NCBI GenBank assembly: GCA_020849825.1
Contig: JADZFP010000296.1
Location: 1 to 34,247 of the forward strand
DNA length: 34,247 nt
Source: Saprospiraceae bacterium
GTDB taxonomy: Bacteria > Bacteroidota > Bacteroidia > Chitinophagales > Saprospiraceae
Direction: 5' to 3'
Positions 16,560-24,447 of the stretch are shown piece by piece. A program made the translations under genes and the position numbers. Below the pieces are notes generated by a model. That model made no database searches. It saw only the letters and a program-made list of their open reading frames with translations, and was not told where the DNA came from. Numbering within the stretch: position 1 is the first letter of the stretch; each line of letters opens with the position of its first letter.

Positions 16560-17927
16560 ATGAAACTGTTTACGGTTTTCCAAAATATCTGGAGCATCAA
16601 AGAGCTCCGCCAGCGCATTCTGTACACCCTTGCACTGCTGTTGGTGTATCGCGTGGGTACCTTTGTCGTACTGCCGGGCGTCGTGCCCGCAGCATTGGCC
16701 AAGGCCAGCCAGAACCGCGGCGCCAATGACCTTTTGGGTCTGATCAACGTATTCACCGGCGGCGCTTTCGACAATGCGGCCATCTTTGCCCTTGGTGTGA
16801 TGCCTTATATCACGGCGTCGATCATCGTGCAATTGCTCGGTTTTGCCGTGCCCTATTTCCAGCGCCTTCAAACGAAGGAAGGGGAAAGCGGCCGCAAAAG
16901 GCTCAACCAGATTACCCGTTTGCTGACGGTGGCCATTACCCTGGTGCAAGGCGGCAGCTACCTCCAATTGCTGCGCAGCACGCCCGGCGCCGTATCGCCC
17001 AACATCCCTGATCCCGTTTTCTGGTTCTCCAATATCATTATCCTGACGGCCGGTACGGTCTTCTGTATGTGGCTTGGCGAGCGGATTACCGATAAAGGCA
17101 TTGGCACCGGTACCTCGCTGATTATTCAGGCCGGTATTATCGCTCGTCTTCCCCAGGCATTCGTCTTCGAATTTCAGAAAATGTTCGGCGAAGGCCGTAT
17201 CATCCTCTTCGTGGTCGAACTGGCGCTGCTCTTCGTGGTTATCATGGCGACTATCCTGGTGATACAGGGCATCCGAAAGATTCCGCTCCAGTTTGCCAAA
17301 CGTATGGTCGGTCGGTCGGGAGGTTCCCTGCCTACCTCCGGCGCGCGCGATTATCTTCCCCTCAAAGTGAACTCGGCCGGCGTTATGCCGATCATTTTTG
17401 CCCAGGCACTGATGTTTATCCCTGCCACGGTATATTCTTACCTGGCCGGCGATAATGGCCAGGGTACCGGTCGTATCCATATGTTCAACGACATTTACTC
17501 ATTCGGCTACAACCTCGTGTTCTTCATCCTTGTCGTAGTATTTACTTACGTGTACACCGCCCTGATGATTAACCCGACCAATTATGCCGAATACCTGAAG
17601 CGCAGCAATGCCTTCATTCCCGGTGTTAAACCCGGCGAGGCCACGGCTTCGTATATCGACAACATTATGACCCGCATCACGCTGCCGGGCGCCGTATTCC
17701 TCGGTCTCATCGGCGTGTTGCCTTCCATTGCGGCTACTTTCGGTGTCAACCAGCAATTCGCACTGTTCTTTGGCGGTACGACCCTCCTCATTATGGTGGG
17801 TGTAGCACTCGACACGCTTCAGGTGATCGAAAGCTACCTGCTGACCCAGAAATACGACGGCCTGATCAAATCGGGTCGTATTCAGGGCCGCGCAACCCAG
17901 GGTGTACAGGTAGGACAACCGCAGTAA
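16560..17927 (+). CDS. secY: Preprotein translocase subunit SecY
   Basis: 455 aa multi-pass membrane protein. Has ALGVMPYITASIIVQLL and the expected position after rplO. Confidence 0.96.
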   Translation: MKLFTVFQNIWSIKELRQRILYTLALLLVYRVGTFVVLPGVVPAALAKASQNRGANDLLGLINVFTGGAFDNAAIFALGVMPYITASIIVQLLGFAVPYFQRLQTKEGESGRKRLNQITRLLTVAITLVQGGSYLQLLRSTPGAVSPNIPDPVFWFSNIIILTAGTVFCMWLGERITDKGIGTGTSLIIQAGIIARLPQAFVFEFQKMFGEGRIILFVVELALLFVVIMATILVIQGIRKIPLQFAKRMVGRSGGSLPTSGARDYLPLKVNSAGVMPIIFAQALMFIPATVYSYLAGDNGQGTGRIHMFNDIYSFGYNLVFFILVVVFTYVYTALMINPTNYAEYLKRSNAFIPGVKPGEATASYIDNIMTRITLPGAVFLGLIGVLPSIAATFGVNQQFALFFGGTTLLIMVGVALDTLQVIESYLLTQKYDGLIKSGRIQGRATQGVQVGQPQ

Positions 17928-17950
17928 CCATTACGATCTGACCATCAATC

Positions 17951-18796
17951 ATGACAGGTTTGTTTTCCAGCGGAGACGATAATAAAAAAGTCTTCTATAA
18001 AACAGATGATGAAATCGAACTGATTCGTCAGTCCTGTCTGATTGTATCCAAAACGCTGGCCCACGTGGGCTCAATGCTCAAGCCGGGCGTTACGGGTAAA
18101 GAAATCGACCGGGCAGCAGAAGAGCTGATCCGGGACCACGGCGGGCGACCGGCTTTTAAAGGCTACCACGATTTCCCGGCAACGCTCTGTGTATCCTTCA
18201 ACGATATCGTAGTCCACGGTATTCCCAGCAACCGAGAGTTTCGCGAAGACGATATCGTCTCTGTCGATTGCGGAGTAGAACTAAACGGGTACTACGGCGA
18301 TGCCGCATTTACCTTTCCCTTTACGGCAGTACAGCCGGAAGTGATGGAATTGCTCAGCGTAACTTACGGATCGCTGTATAAAGGAATCGAGCAAGCCGTT
18401 GTTGGCCATCGGATCGGCGATATCGCCTTCGCCATTCAGGATTTTGCCGAACGCAAGCATGGATATGGCGTCGTGCGCGAACTGGTTGGTCACGGCGTCG
18501 GGCGCTCTCTTCACGAAGAGCCCGAAGTGCCCAATTACGGTAAACGCGGAAAAGGTATGGTCATGCGGGAAGGTTTGGTTATTGCAATCGAACCCATGGT
18601 CAATCTGGGCGTTAAAGAAGTATATCAGGCGCAAGACGGCTGGACGATCCATACCCGCGACCGCAAAGCCAGCGCACATTACGAACACTCGGTGGCCGTG
18701 CGAAAAAACAAGGCCGACGTGTTGTCCGATCATAATTATATTCTGGAGGCAGTAAAAAATAACCCTGCCTTGCAAATAATTTCACCTAAAAGTTAG
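17951..18796 (+). CDS. map: Type I methionine aminopeptidase
   Basis: 281 aa. VVHGIP...VSVDCGVELNGYYGDAAFTF...GHGVGRSLHEEP...VIAIEPM...EHSV metal-ligand pattern. Confidence 0.94.
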   Translation: MTGLFSSGDDNKKVFYKTDDEIELIRQSCLIVSKTLAHVGSMLKPGVTGKEIDRAAEELIRDHGGRPAFKGYHDFPATLCVSFNDIVVHGIPSNREFREDDIVSVDCGVELNGYYGDAAFTFPFTAVQPEVMELLSVTYGSLYKGIEQAVVGHRIGDIAFAIQDFAERKHGYGVVRELVGHGVGRSLHEEPEVPNYGKRGKGMVMREGLVIAIEPMVNLGVKEVYQAQDGWTIHTRDRKASAHYEHSVAVRKNKADVLSDHNYILEAVKNNPALQIISPKS

Positions 18797-18803
18797 AACT
18801 TTG
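18796..18803 (+). promoter_or_regulatory. Near-consensus -7 box GAACTTTG upstream of infA
   Basis: 7 of 8 matches to TAnnTTTG. Embedded in AACTTTGCAGCCC, which also occurs at the rplP candidate box. Confidence 0.2.
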
Positions 18804-18829
18804 CAGCCCAAAATTCGGAAGGGCTTTTT

Positions 18830-19048
18830 ATGGCAAAAGAAGATCTGATCAAACAAGACGGTGTCGTCGCTGAGGCACTCTCCAATGCGAACTTCAAGGT
18901 TCGTCTGGAAAATGGCCACACCATACTGGCGACCATCTCCGGTAAAATGCGGATGCACTATATCCGTATTCTCCCTGGCGACAAGGTTTCCATCGAAATG
19001 TCTCCGTACGACCTGACTCGCGGTCGGATAATTTACAGGTATAAATAA
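18830..19048 (+). CDS. infA: Translation initiation factor IF-1
   Basis: 72 aa with [13 protein letters not shown]...[16 protein letters not shown]. Confidence 0.96.
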   Translation: MAKEDLIKQDGVVAEALSNANFKVRLENGHTILATISGKMRMHYIRILPGDKVSIEMSPYDLTRGRIIYRYK

Positions 19049-19103
19049 CTGCCTGATACACAACGATAAAGAACGTTTTTGAACTAAGAAAATAACAGCC
19101 GAC

Positions 19104-19220
19104 ATGAAGGTCAAACCGTCCATCAAGAAGCGCTCCGCAGATTGCAAAATTGTTCGCCGCAAAGGCAAACTTTATGTGATCAACAAGAAAAACCCTAAAT
19201 ACAAACAACGCCAGGGCTAA
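19104..19220 (+). CDS. rpmJ: 50S ribosomal protein L36 (single-Cys, non-zinc-ribbon type)
   Basis: 38 aa, not in the ORF track and read directly: [38 protein letters not shown]. Confidence 0.92.
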   Translation: MKVKPSIKKRSADCKIVRRKGKLYVINKKNPKYKQRQG

Positions 19221-19267
19221 TTTATCGGCCTGCGTCCAACTTTTGACATTACAACCAACCGCAGAAT

Positions 19268-19645
<378 letters not shown>

Positions 19646-19649
19646 TAAT

Positions 19650-19800
19650 TAATGTGCTAATGTGCTAATGAGATAATGTGCCAATTAAGAGAGCACTTAT
19701 CTGGTTGGTATTCTTAGCCGGTTCAAATAGCCATTAGCACATTAACTAATTAGCATATTATCTAATTAGCACATTGTCAAATTAGCACATTAGCACATTA
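19650..19800. repeat. Octamer-repeat palindromic element #2, rpsM-rpsK spacer
   Basis: 2 GTGCTAA copies on the left and 4 TTAGCAC copies on the right. The central core at 19691-19723 is shared with element #3. Confidence 0.9.
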
Positions 19801-19805
19801 ACAAT

Positions 19806-20198
19806 ATGGCCAAGGGAGCTAGCAAAAAAGTTGTCAAGCGCAAGGTTAAAGTGACGCCGGAAGGCCTCGTCTATATCCACGCCAGCTTCAACAACATCAT
19901 TATCTCGATCACCAACAAGCAAGGCGAAGTGGTATCCTGGGCATCGGCCGGCAAAGCCGGATTCCGCGGCTCGAAGAAAAATACCCCTTACGCTGCACAA
20001 ATCGCTGCCAACGACGCCGCAAAGACGGCTTTCGAGGCAGGCATTCGCGCCGCCGAGGTGTTCGTTAAAGGACCGGGTTCGGGTCGCGAGGCTGCTATTC
20101 GCGCCATCGACCAGTCGGGTATCAAAGTCATGATCATCAACGACGTGACCCCCATGCCCCACAACGGTTGCCGTCCGCCCAAACGCCGCCGCGTTTAA
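19806..20198 (+). CDS. rpsK: 30S ribosomal protein S11
   Basis: 130 aa with [19 protein letters not shown]...[14 protein letters not shown]...[13 protein letters not shown]. Confidence 0.97.
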   Translation: MAKGASKKVVKRKVKVTPEGLVYIHASFNNIIISITNKQGEVVSWASAGKAGFRGSKKNTPYAAQIAANDAAKTAFEAGIRAAEVFVKGPGSGREAAIRAIDQSGIKVMIINDVTPMPHNGCRPPKRRRV

Positions 20199-20200
20199 GG

Positions 20201-20390
20201 AATGCGCTAATTAGTTAATGTGCTAATGTGCTAATTAGATAATGTGCTAATTATGAGCGCTTATCAGGTTGGTATTCTTAGCCGGTTTAACTAATCTATT
20301 AGCACATCAATACATTAGCACATTGACTAATTAGCACATTAGCCCCATTACCGAATTAGCACATTAGCACATTATCAAATCAGCACATTA
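20201..20390. repeat. Octamer-repeat palindromic element #3, rpsK-rpsD spacer
   Basis: 3 GTGCTAA copies on the left and 5 TTAGCAC copies on the right. The core at 20255-20287 matches element #2 at 30 of 33 positions. Confidence 0.9.
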
Positions 20391-20396
20391 TCAATA

Positions 20397-21011
20397 ATGG
20401 CTCGTTATACTGGACCAACGACAAAAAAAGCCCGCACGTTCGGCGATTCAATCTACGGCTACGACAAATATTTCGAACGTCGTAAGTATCCGCCCGGACA
20501 GCATGGCCAGGCCCGCAAGAAAAAAGCGGCCTCCAACTATGCTGTGCAGCTGTCTGAAAAACAAAAAGCCAAGTACACCTACGGTGTGCTCGAGCGTCAG
20601 TTCCGCAAGACCTTTCACGACGCCACGCGCCGCCACGGCGTTACCGGCGAAGTGTTGCTCCAACTGCTGGAAGCACGCCTCGACAACACGGTGTACCGCC
20701 TCGGCATCTCCCCGACCCGGCGCGGCGCCCGTCAGTTGGTTGGCCACCGCCACGTGACCGTCAACGGTAAAGTGGTCAATATCCCGTCCTATTCGCTGAA
20801 GCCCGGCGATGTGGTGGCCGTTCGCGGTCGCTCCAAGGGTCTGGAAGTTGTCACTACCCACGTGGGCGCCAAAACCAGCGATGTGCGCAAATTCGGCTGG
20901 CTGGAATGGAACCCCGATAAAATGTCTGGTATCTTCCTGGCCTACCCGCAACGGGATCAGATTCCGGAGAAAATCAACGAACAGCTGATCGTCGAGTTGT
21001 ACTCGAAATAA
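20397..21011 (+). CDS. rpsD: 30S ribosomal protein S4
   Basis: 204 aa with [13 protein letters not shown] and an S4 RNA-binding domain ([13 protein letters not shown]...[14 protein letters not shown]). Confidence 0.97.
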   Translation: MARYTGPTTKKARTFGDSIYGYDKYFERRKYPPGQHGQARKKKAASNYAVQLSEKQKAKYTYGVLERQFRKTFHDATRRHGVTGEVLLQLLEARLDNTVYRLGISPTRRGARQLVGHRHVTVNGKVVNIPSYSLKPGDVVAVRGRSKGLEVVTTHVGAKTSDVRKFGWLEWNPDKMSGIFLAYPQRDQIPEKINEQLIVELYSK

Positions 21012-21164
21012 GCCTGATGATAGCGGAAAAGGTTGGCGCTCCCGGTGGGACGTCAACCATTTCCGCGTTTTTGCGTTTAAACCCGCCGCCCAAAACTAAA
21101 CGCGACAATCCCCGAATCTTCAATTGCTTTTTCCCACCTCACTCAATTCGGAGCAATCCATACC

Positions 21165-22163
21165 ATGAGTATTCTCAATTTCCAAAAGCCCGACAAAATC
21201 CTGCTCCAAAAAGCAACGGACTTTGAAGGCACTTTTGAATTCAAACCCCTCGAACCGGGCTTCGGCCAAACGGTTGGCAACTCTCTCCGTCGCGTACTCC
21301 TTTCCTCGCTTGAAGGCTTCGCCATCAGCGCTGTACGCATCGGCGGTGTCGACCACGAGTTCGCTACGATGCGTGGCGTCGTGGAAGACGTGGTAGACAT
21401 CGTGCTCAACCTCAAACAGGTTCGAATCAAACAACTTATCCAGGACGAAAAACTCCAGCAGGAGAAAATCTACCTGACCATCAGCGGTCGGGAAGAATTC
21501 CGTGCCGGAGATATCGAAGAATTCACCAACGTGTTCAAGGTGATGAACCCGGAACTCCTGCTTTGCCGCATGGAACCCTCCGTCAACCTCGAACTGGAAC
21601 TCACCATCACCAACGGCCGCGGCTACCAGCCCGCCGATGATATGGTGCCGAAAGACGCCGCTATCGGCGTTATCCCGATCGACGCGATCTACACGCCCAT
21701 CAAAAACGTGGCGTACAAAGTGGAAAATACTCGTGTCGGCCAGCGCACCGACTACGAAAAACTCACCATCGATGTGAAAACCGACGGCACCATCCACCCG
21801 GAAGATGCCATCCGCGAAGCAAGCCGTATCCTGATCCAGCACCTTATGCTGATCACCGACGACAACATCACTTTCGATACGCCGCAAAGCCGCGAGGAAA
21901 ATGTAGTGGACGAGCACATCCTCCACATGCGCAAACTGCTCAAAACCTCGCTCGAAGATCTGGACCTCAGCGTACGCGCCTACAACTGCCTCAAGGCAGC
22001 CAAAATCAATACGCTGGCCGAACTGGTCAAATACGACACCCACGAACTGCTCAAATTCCGCAACTTCGGCAAAAAGTCGCTCGTGGAAATCGAAGAACTC
22101 CTCCAGGAAAAAGGCCTCACTTTCGGCATGGACCTGGCGAAATACAAACTGGACGAAGAGTAA
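21165..22163 (+). CDS. rpoA: DNA-directed RNA polymerase subunit alpha
   Basis: 332 aa with PLEPGFGQTVGNSLRRVLLSSLEG. C-terminal domain has LDLSVRAYNCLKAAKINTLAELV. Confidence 0.97.
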   Translation: MSILNFQKPDKILLQKATDFEGTFEFKPLEPGFGQTVGNSLRRVLLSSLEGFAISAVRIGGVDHEFATMRGVVEDVVDIVLNLKQVRIKQLIQDEKLQQEKIYLTISGREEFRAGDIEEFTNVFKVMNPELLLCRMEPSVNLELELTITNGRGYQPADDMVPKDAAIGVIPIDAIYTPIKNVAYKVENTRVGQRTDYEKLTIDVKTDGTIHPEDAIREASRILIQHLMLITDDNITFDTPQSREENVVDEHILHMRKLLKTSLEDLDLSVRAYNCLKAAKINTLAELVKYDTHELLKFRNFGKKSLVEIEELLQEKGLTFGMDLAKYKLDEE

Positions 22164-22164
22164 G

Positions 22165-22316
22165 TTAATGTGCTAATTAGTTAATGTGCTAATGTGCTAA
22201 TGACAAGGTTGTGTGCTATTTTTTCGAAACATGAGAAAAGCACTCAGCGCCCCGGAAAAGTCCACATCCGCCCATTAGCACATTGGCATATTAACCAATT
22301 AGCACATTAACACACA
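22165..22316. repeat. Octamer-repeat palindromic element #4, rpoA-rplQ spacer
   Basis: 3 GTGCTAA copies on the left and 2 TTAGCAC copies on the right. It has its own core, including the hairpin GTGCTATTTTTTC...GAGAAAAGCAC. Confidence 0.85.
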
Positions 22317-22394
22317 TTTTTTAACAAGTGCAGTAACCGTCGAGCGTCTTCAAGGGCTTGCCCCGGTGCTGCCACCTAAACTTAGGTACATCTC

Positions 22395-23114
22395 ATGCGA
22401 CACGGAGATAAAGTAAACAACCTCGGACGCACCGCGTCCCACCGCCGCGCCCTGCTGGCCAACCTGGCAAACGCCCTCATCGAACACAAACGCATCAACA
22501 CCACCCTGGCCAAGGCCAAAGCCCTGCGCCGCTACGTGGAGCCTCTGGTGACCAAAGCCAAAGACAATACCACCCACTCCCGCCGCGTGGTATTCAGCTA
22601 CCTGCAGAACAAAGACGCCGTCAAGGAACTGTTCAGCACCGTTGCCGCCAAAATCGGCGACCGCCCGGGCGGTTACGTTCGCATCATCAAACTCGGCTTC
22701 CGCCGGGGCGACGGCGCCGAAGTAGCCATGATCGAGTTTGTGGATTTCAACGAAACCTACAACCCGAAAGCCGGTAAAGAAGCCACGAAGAAGAAAACCC
22801 GTCGCGGCAACAAAAAGCCCACGGAATCCAAAGTCAGCGCCAAAGTAACCGAAGCCAAAGCCGCCGCTGCCGCTGCGCCGGTCGTGGAGGAAGAAGTAGC
22901 CCCGGTCGTTGAAGAAACCGTGGCCGCTATCGAGGAAACGCCTGTTGTGGAAGAAACGGTTGCTGCTGTTGAAGAAACCGCACCCGTTGTAGAAGAAACC
23001 GTAGCCGCCGTGGAAGAAACGGTTGCTGCTGTTGAAGAAGCGCCCGCCGCCGAGCCCGAGGCCCCCGCTGCCGAAGAAACGACGGAAGAAGAAAAGAAAG
23101 ACGAAGAAGCCTGA
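22395..23114 (+). CDS. rplQ: 50S ribosomal protein L17 with a roughly 115-aa Lys-rich then acidic Ala/Val/Glu/Thr repeat tail
   Basis: 239 aa. [21 protein letters not shown] is the canonical start. The tail carries repeated [12 protein letters not shown] units. Confidence 0.95.
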   Translation: MRHGDKVNNLGRTASHRRALLANLANALIEHKRINTTLAKAKALRRYVEPLVTKAKDNTTHSRRVVFSYLQNKDAVKELFSTVAAKIGDRPGGYVRIIKLGFRRGDGAEVAMIEFVDFNETYNPKAGKEATKKKTRRGNKKPTESKVSAKVTEAKAAAAAAPVVEEEVAPVVEETVAAIEETPVVEETVAAVEETAPVVEETVAAVEETVAAVEEAPAAEPEAPAAEETTEEEKKDEEA

Positions 23115-23148
23115 TTTCCCGGGTCAATCGATTTCAAGATACCATGCG

Positions 23149-23187
23149 AGAGCCGCTCCGAGTGTTCGGGGCGGCTCTTGTTGTTTG
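23149..23187 (+). terminator. Rho-independent terminator closing the ribosomal-protein cluster
   Basis: Stem AGAGCCGCTCCG / CGGGGCGGCTCT (13 bp including one G-U pair) with a 6-nt loop, then TTGTTGTTT. Confidence 0.75.
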
Positions 23188-23204
23188 GTGGACTGGAAAG
23201 GAGC

Positions 23205-23728
23205 GGGATGGGAACGCGGATGACGCGGATTTGGGCGGATGGACACGGATTTTTTACCCGCGCAGCGGTGGTGTTTTTGGACAGGATGAACAAGATTTAC
23301 AGGATCGGACAGGATTTTTTTAGGGAAAGAAGCAACACCCACCATGCCGGCGCAGCCGGCATTTATCCTGTTAATCTTGTTGATCCTGTCTAAAAAAACA
23401 GTTTGGGGTTGGACAGGATGAACAAGATTTACAGGATCTGACAGGATTTTTTTAGGAAAGAAGCAGCACCCGCCATGCCGGCGCAGCCGGCATTTATCCT
23501 GTTAATCTTGTTGATCCTGTCTAAAAAAACAGTTTGGGGTTGGACAGGATGAACAAGATTTACAGGATTGGACAGGATTTTTTTAGGAAAGAAGCAACAC
23601 CCGCCATGCCGGCGCAGCCGGCATCTATCCTGTTTATCGTGTTTATCCTGTCAAAAAAGCACCCGCGCAGCGGGTAAAAAAAATCCGTGTCCATCCGCCC
23701 CAATCCGCGTCATCCGCGTTCCCATCCC
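23205..23728. repeat. Outer inverted repeat (arms 23205-23261 and 23670-23728) enclosing a tandem hairpin array
   Basis: The reverse complement of the left arm equals the right arm except for one substitution and an A-run of 6 versus 8. A 13-nt direct repeat ACCCGCGCAGCGG lies at 23256-23268 and 23661-23673. Confidence 0.9.
23279..23652. repeat. Three tandem units of about 131 nt (starts 23279, 23411, 23542), each an internal hairpin with a GCCGGCGCAGCCGGC apex
   Basis: Units are near-identical on direct reading. The unit arms GGACAGGATGAACAAGATTTACAGGAT and ATCCTGTTAATCTTGTTGATCCTGTC are reverse complements with 2 mismatches. Confidence 0.9.
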
Positions 23729-23751
23729 CCCTACGTCCTCCGCAAGGGCAA

Positions 23752-23793
23752 TAAAAAAAACAGGGCACACATCAGAAACTGACGGCACCCTGT
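23752..23793 (-). terminator. Orphan minus-strand intrinsic terminator
   Basis: On the minus strand, ACAGGG...(TCAG-TTT-CTGA inner stem)...CCCTGT is followed by T9. No minus-strand CDS lies upstream of it. Confidence 0.45.
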
Positions 23794-23886
23794 ATAACCC
23801 CAAAAAACCAAATGAAAACAATCTTAAATATAACGCTCTTTTATCGAGCGGAAATTTGCTGTGTTGTGGTTCGTTTTTCAACGATA
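23752..23886 (-). ncRNA. Hypothetical small RNA of about 135 nt, bounded by a minus-strand TATCTTTG -7 box and the orphan terminator
   Basis: The minus-strand -7 box TATCTTTG sits at plus coordinates 23900-23893. An ATTG ending at 23920 lies 19 nt upstream. No ORF longer than 15 codons lies between promoter and terminator. No match to any RNA family I recognise. Confidence 0.2.
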
Positions 23887-24045
23887 ACGATACAAAGATA
23901 AGGCCGTTTTCTGACTCCGCAATAGTTGTTTAAAAAAATTTTTTCACTCCGTTAACGTACACGCGTAATCAGATTGTGGATAAACGGGAATAGTGACCTT
24001 TGCCGTATCTTCGTGATAAAGGTCGATAAAAATTCAGGGTTTCCC

Positions 24046-24366
24046 ATGATAAACCGCATACAAACAGCCGTTTTATTCTATCTGTTAATCAGTTGGTTGC
24101 TCAGTGCAGCTTGTGGCAGAGACACGGATAAGCTGGTGCAAGCCAAGGTGGCCGAACGCGTCAATGAATACAGTGCCAAACGCATCGCCGAATGTGAGCG
24201 GAATTTATTGGCCCGTGCCGAAAAAATCGCGGATTCGCTGCTGATCCAGGAAGCCATCGACGACCTCAACGACTCCCTGGCCCGCAGCCGCCCTGGCCGC
24301 CCCGATCGCCCTGCACCCATACCGCCGATCGATTCTACGCCGGTAAAGCCGATATTTGAACGATAG
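24046..24366 (+). CDS. Small lipoprotein (helical region plus Pro-rich tail), function unknown
   Basis: The internal ATG 24046 gives MINRIQTAVLFYLLISWLLSAAC with a lipobox-like LSAAC (106 aa). The track start at 23974 adds an implausible N-terminus. Confidence 0.6.
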   Translation: MINRIQTAVLFYLLISWLLSAACGRDTDKLVQAKVAERVNEYSAKRIAECERNLLARAEKIADSLLIQEAIDDLNDSLARSRPGRPDRPAPIPPIDSTPVKPIFER

Positions 24367-24447
24367 TGCCGCGTACATCGATACAAGGCAACGCAAACCG
24401 CTCCCCGGGCGCCATGTGTTGACCCCTGCTGCCTGTCGACACCTTCC

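Noticed and set aside
16545-17480. A 311-aa minus-strand ORF antisense to secY, and a 307-aa ORF (21120..22043) antisense to rpoA.
   Set aside because: They are antisense to highly conserved essential genes and have no features of their own.
17928-17950. Absence of adk between secY and map.
   Set aside because: The secY-adk-map order is not universal, and secY followed directly by map is, as far as I know, common in Bacteroidota. It is not an anomaly.
23279-23652. Possibility that the 131-nt tandem units, or the octamer arrays at 9427-22316, are CRISPR arrays.
   Set aside because: There are no unique spacers between repeats. Unit sizes of 8 nt or 131 nt do not fit the 24-48-nt repeat/spacer geometry. 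No cas genes are present in the window.
23124-23933. ORFs 23124..23345(-), 23178..23393(+), 23568..23933(+) and 23651..23881(-), plus the 3' part of 22757..23293(-), in the post-rplQ spacer.
   Set aside because: They are translations of the hairpin repeats (peptides such as IRVIRVPIP, MTRIWADGHGFF, LSCLSCLSCQK). The same DNA reads open in both strands because it is palindromic. They have no start context and no independent coding signal.
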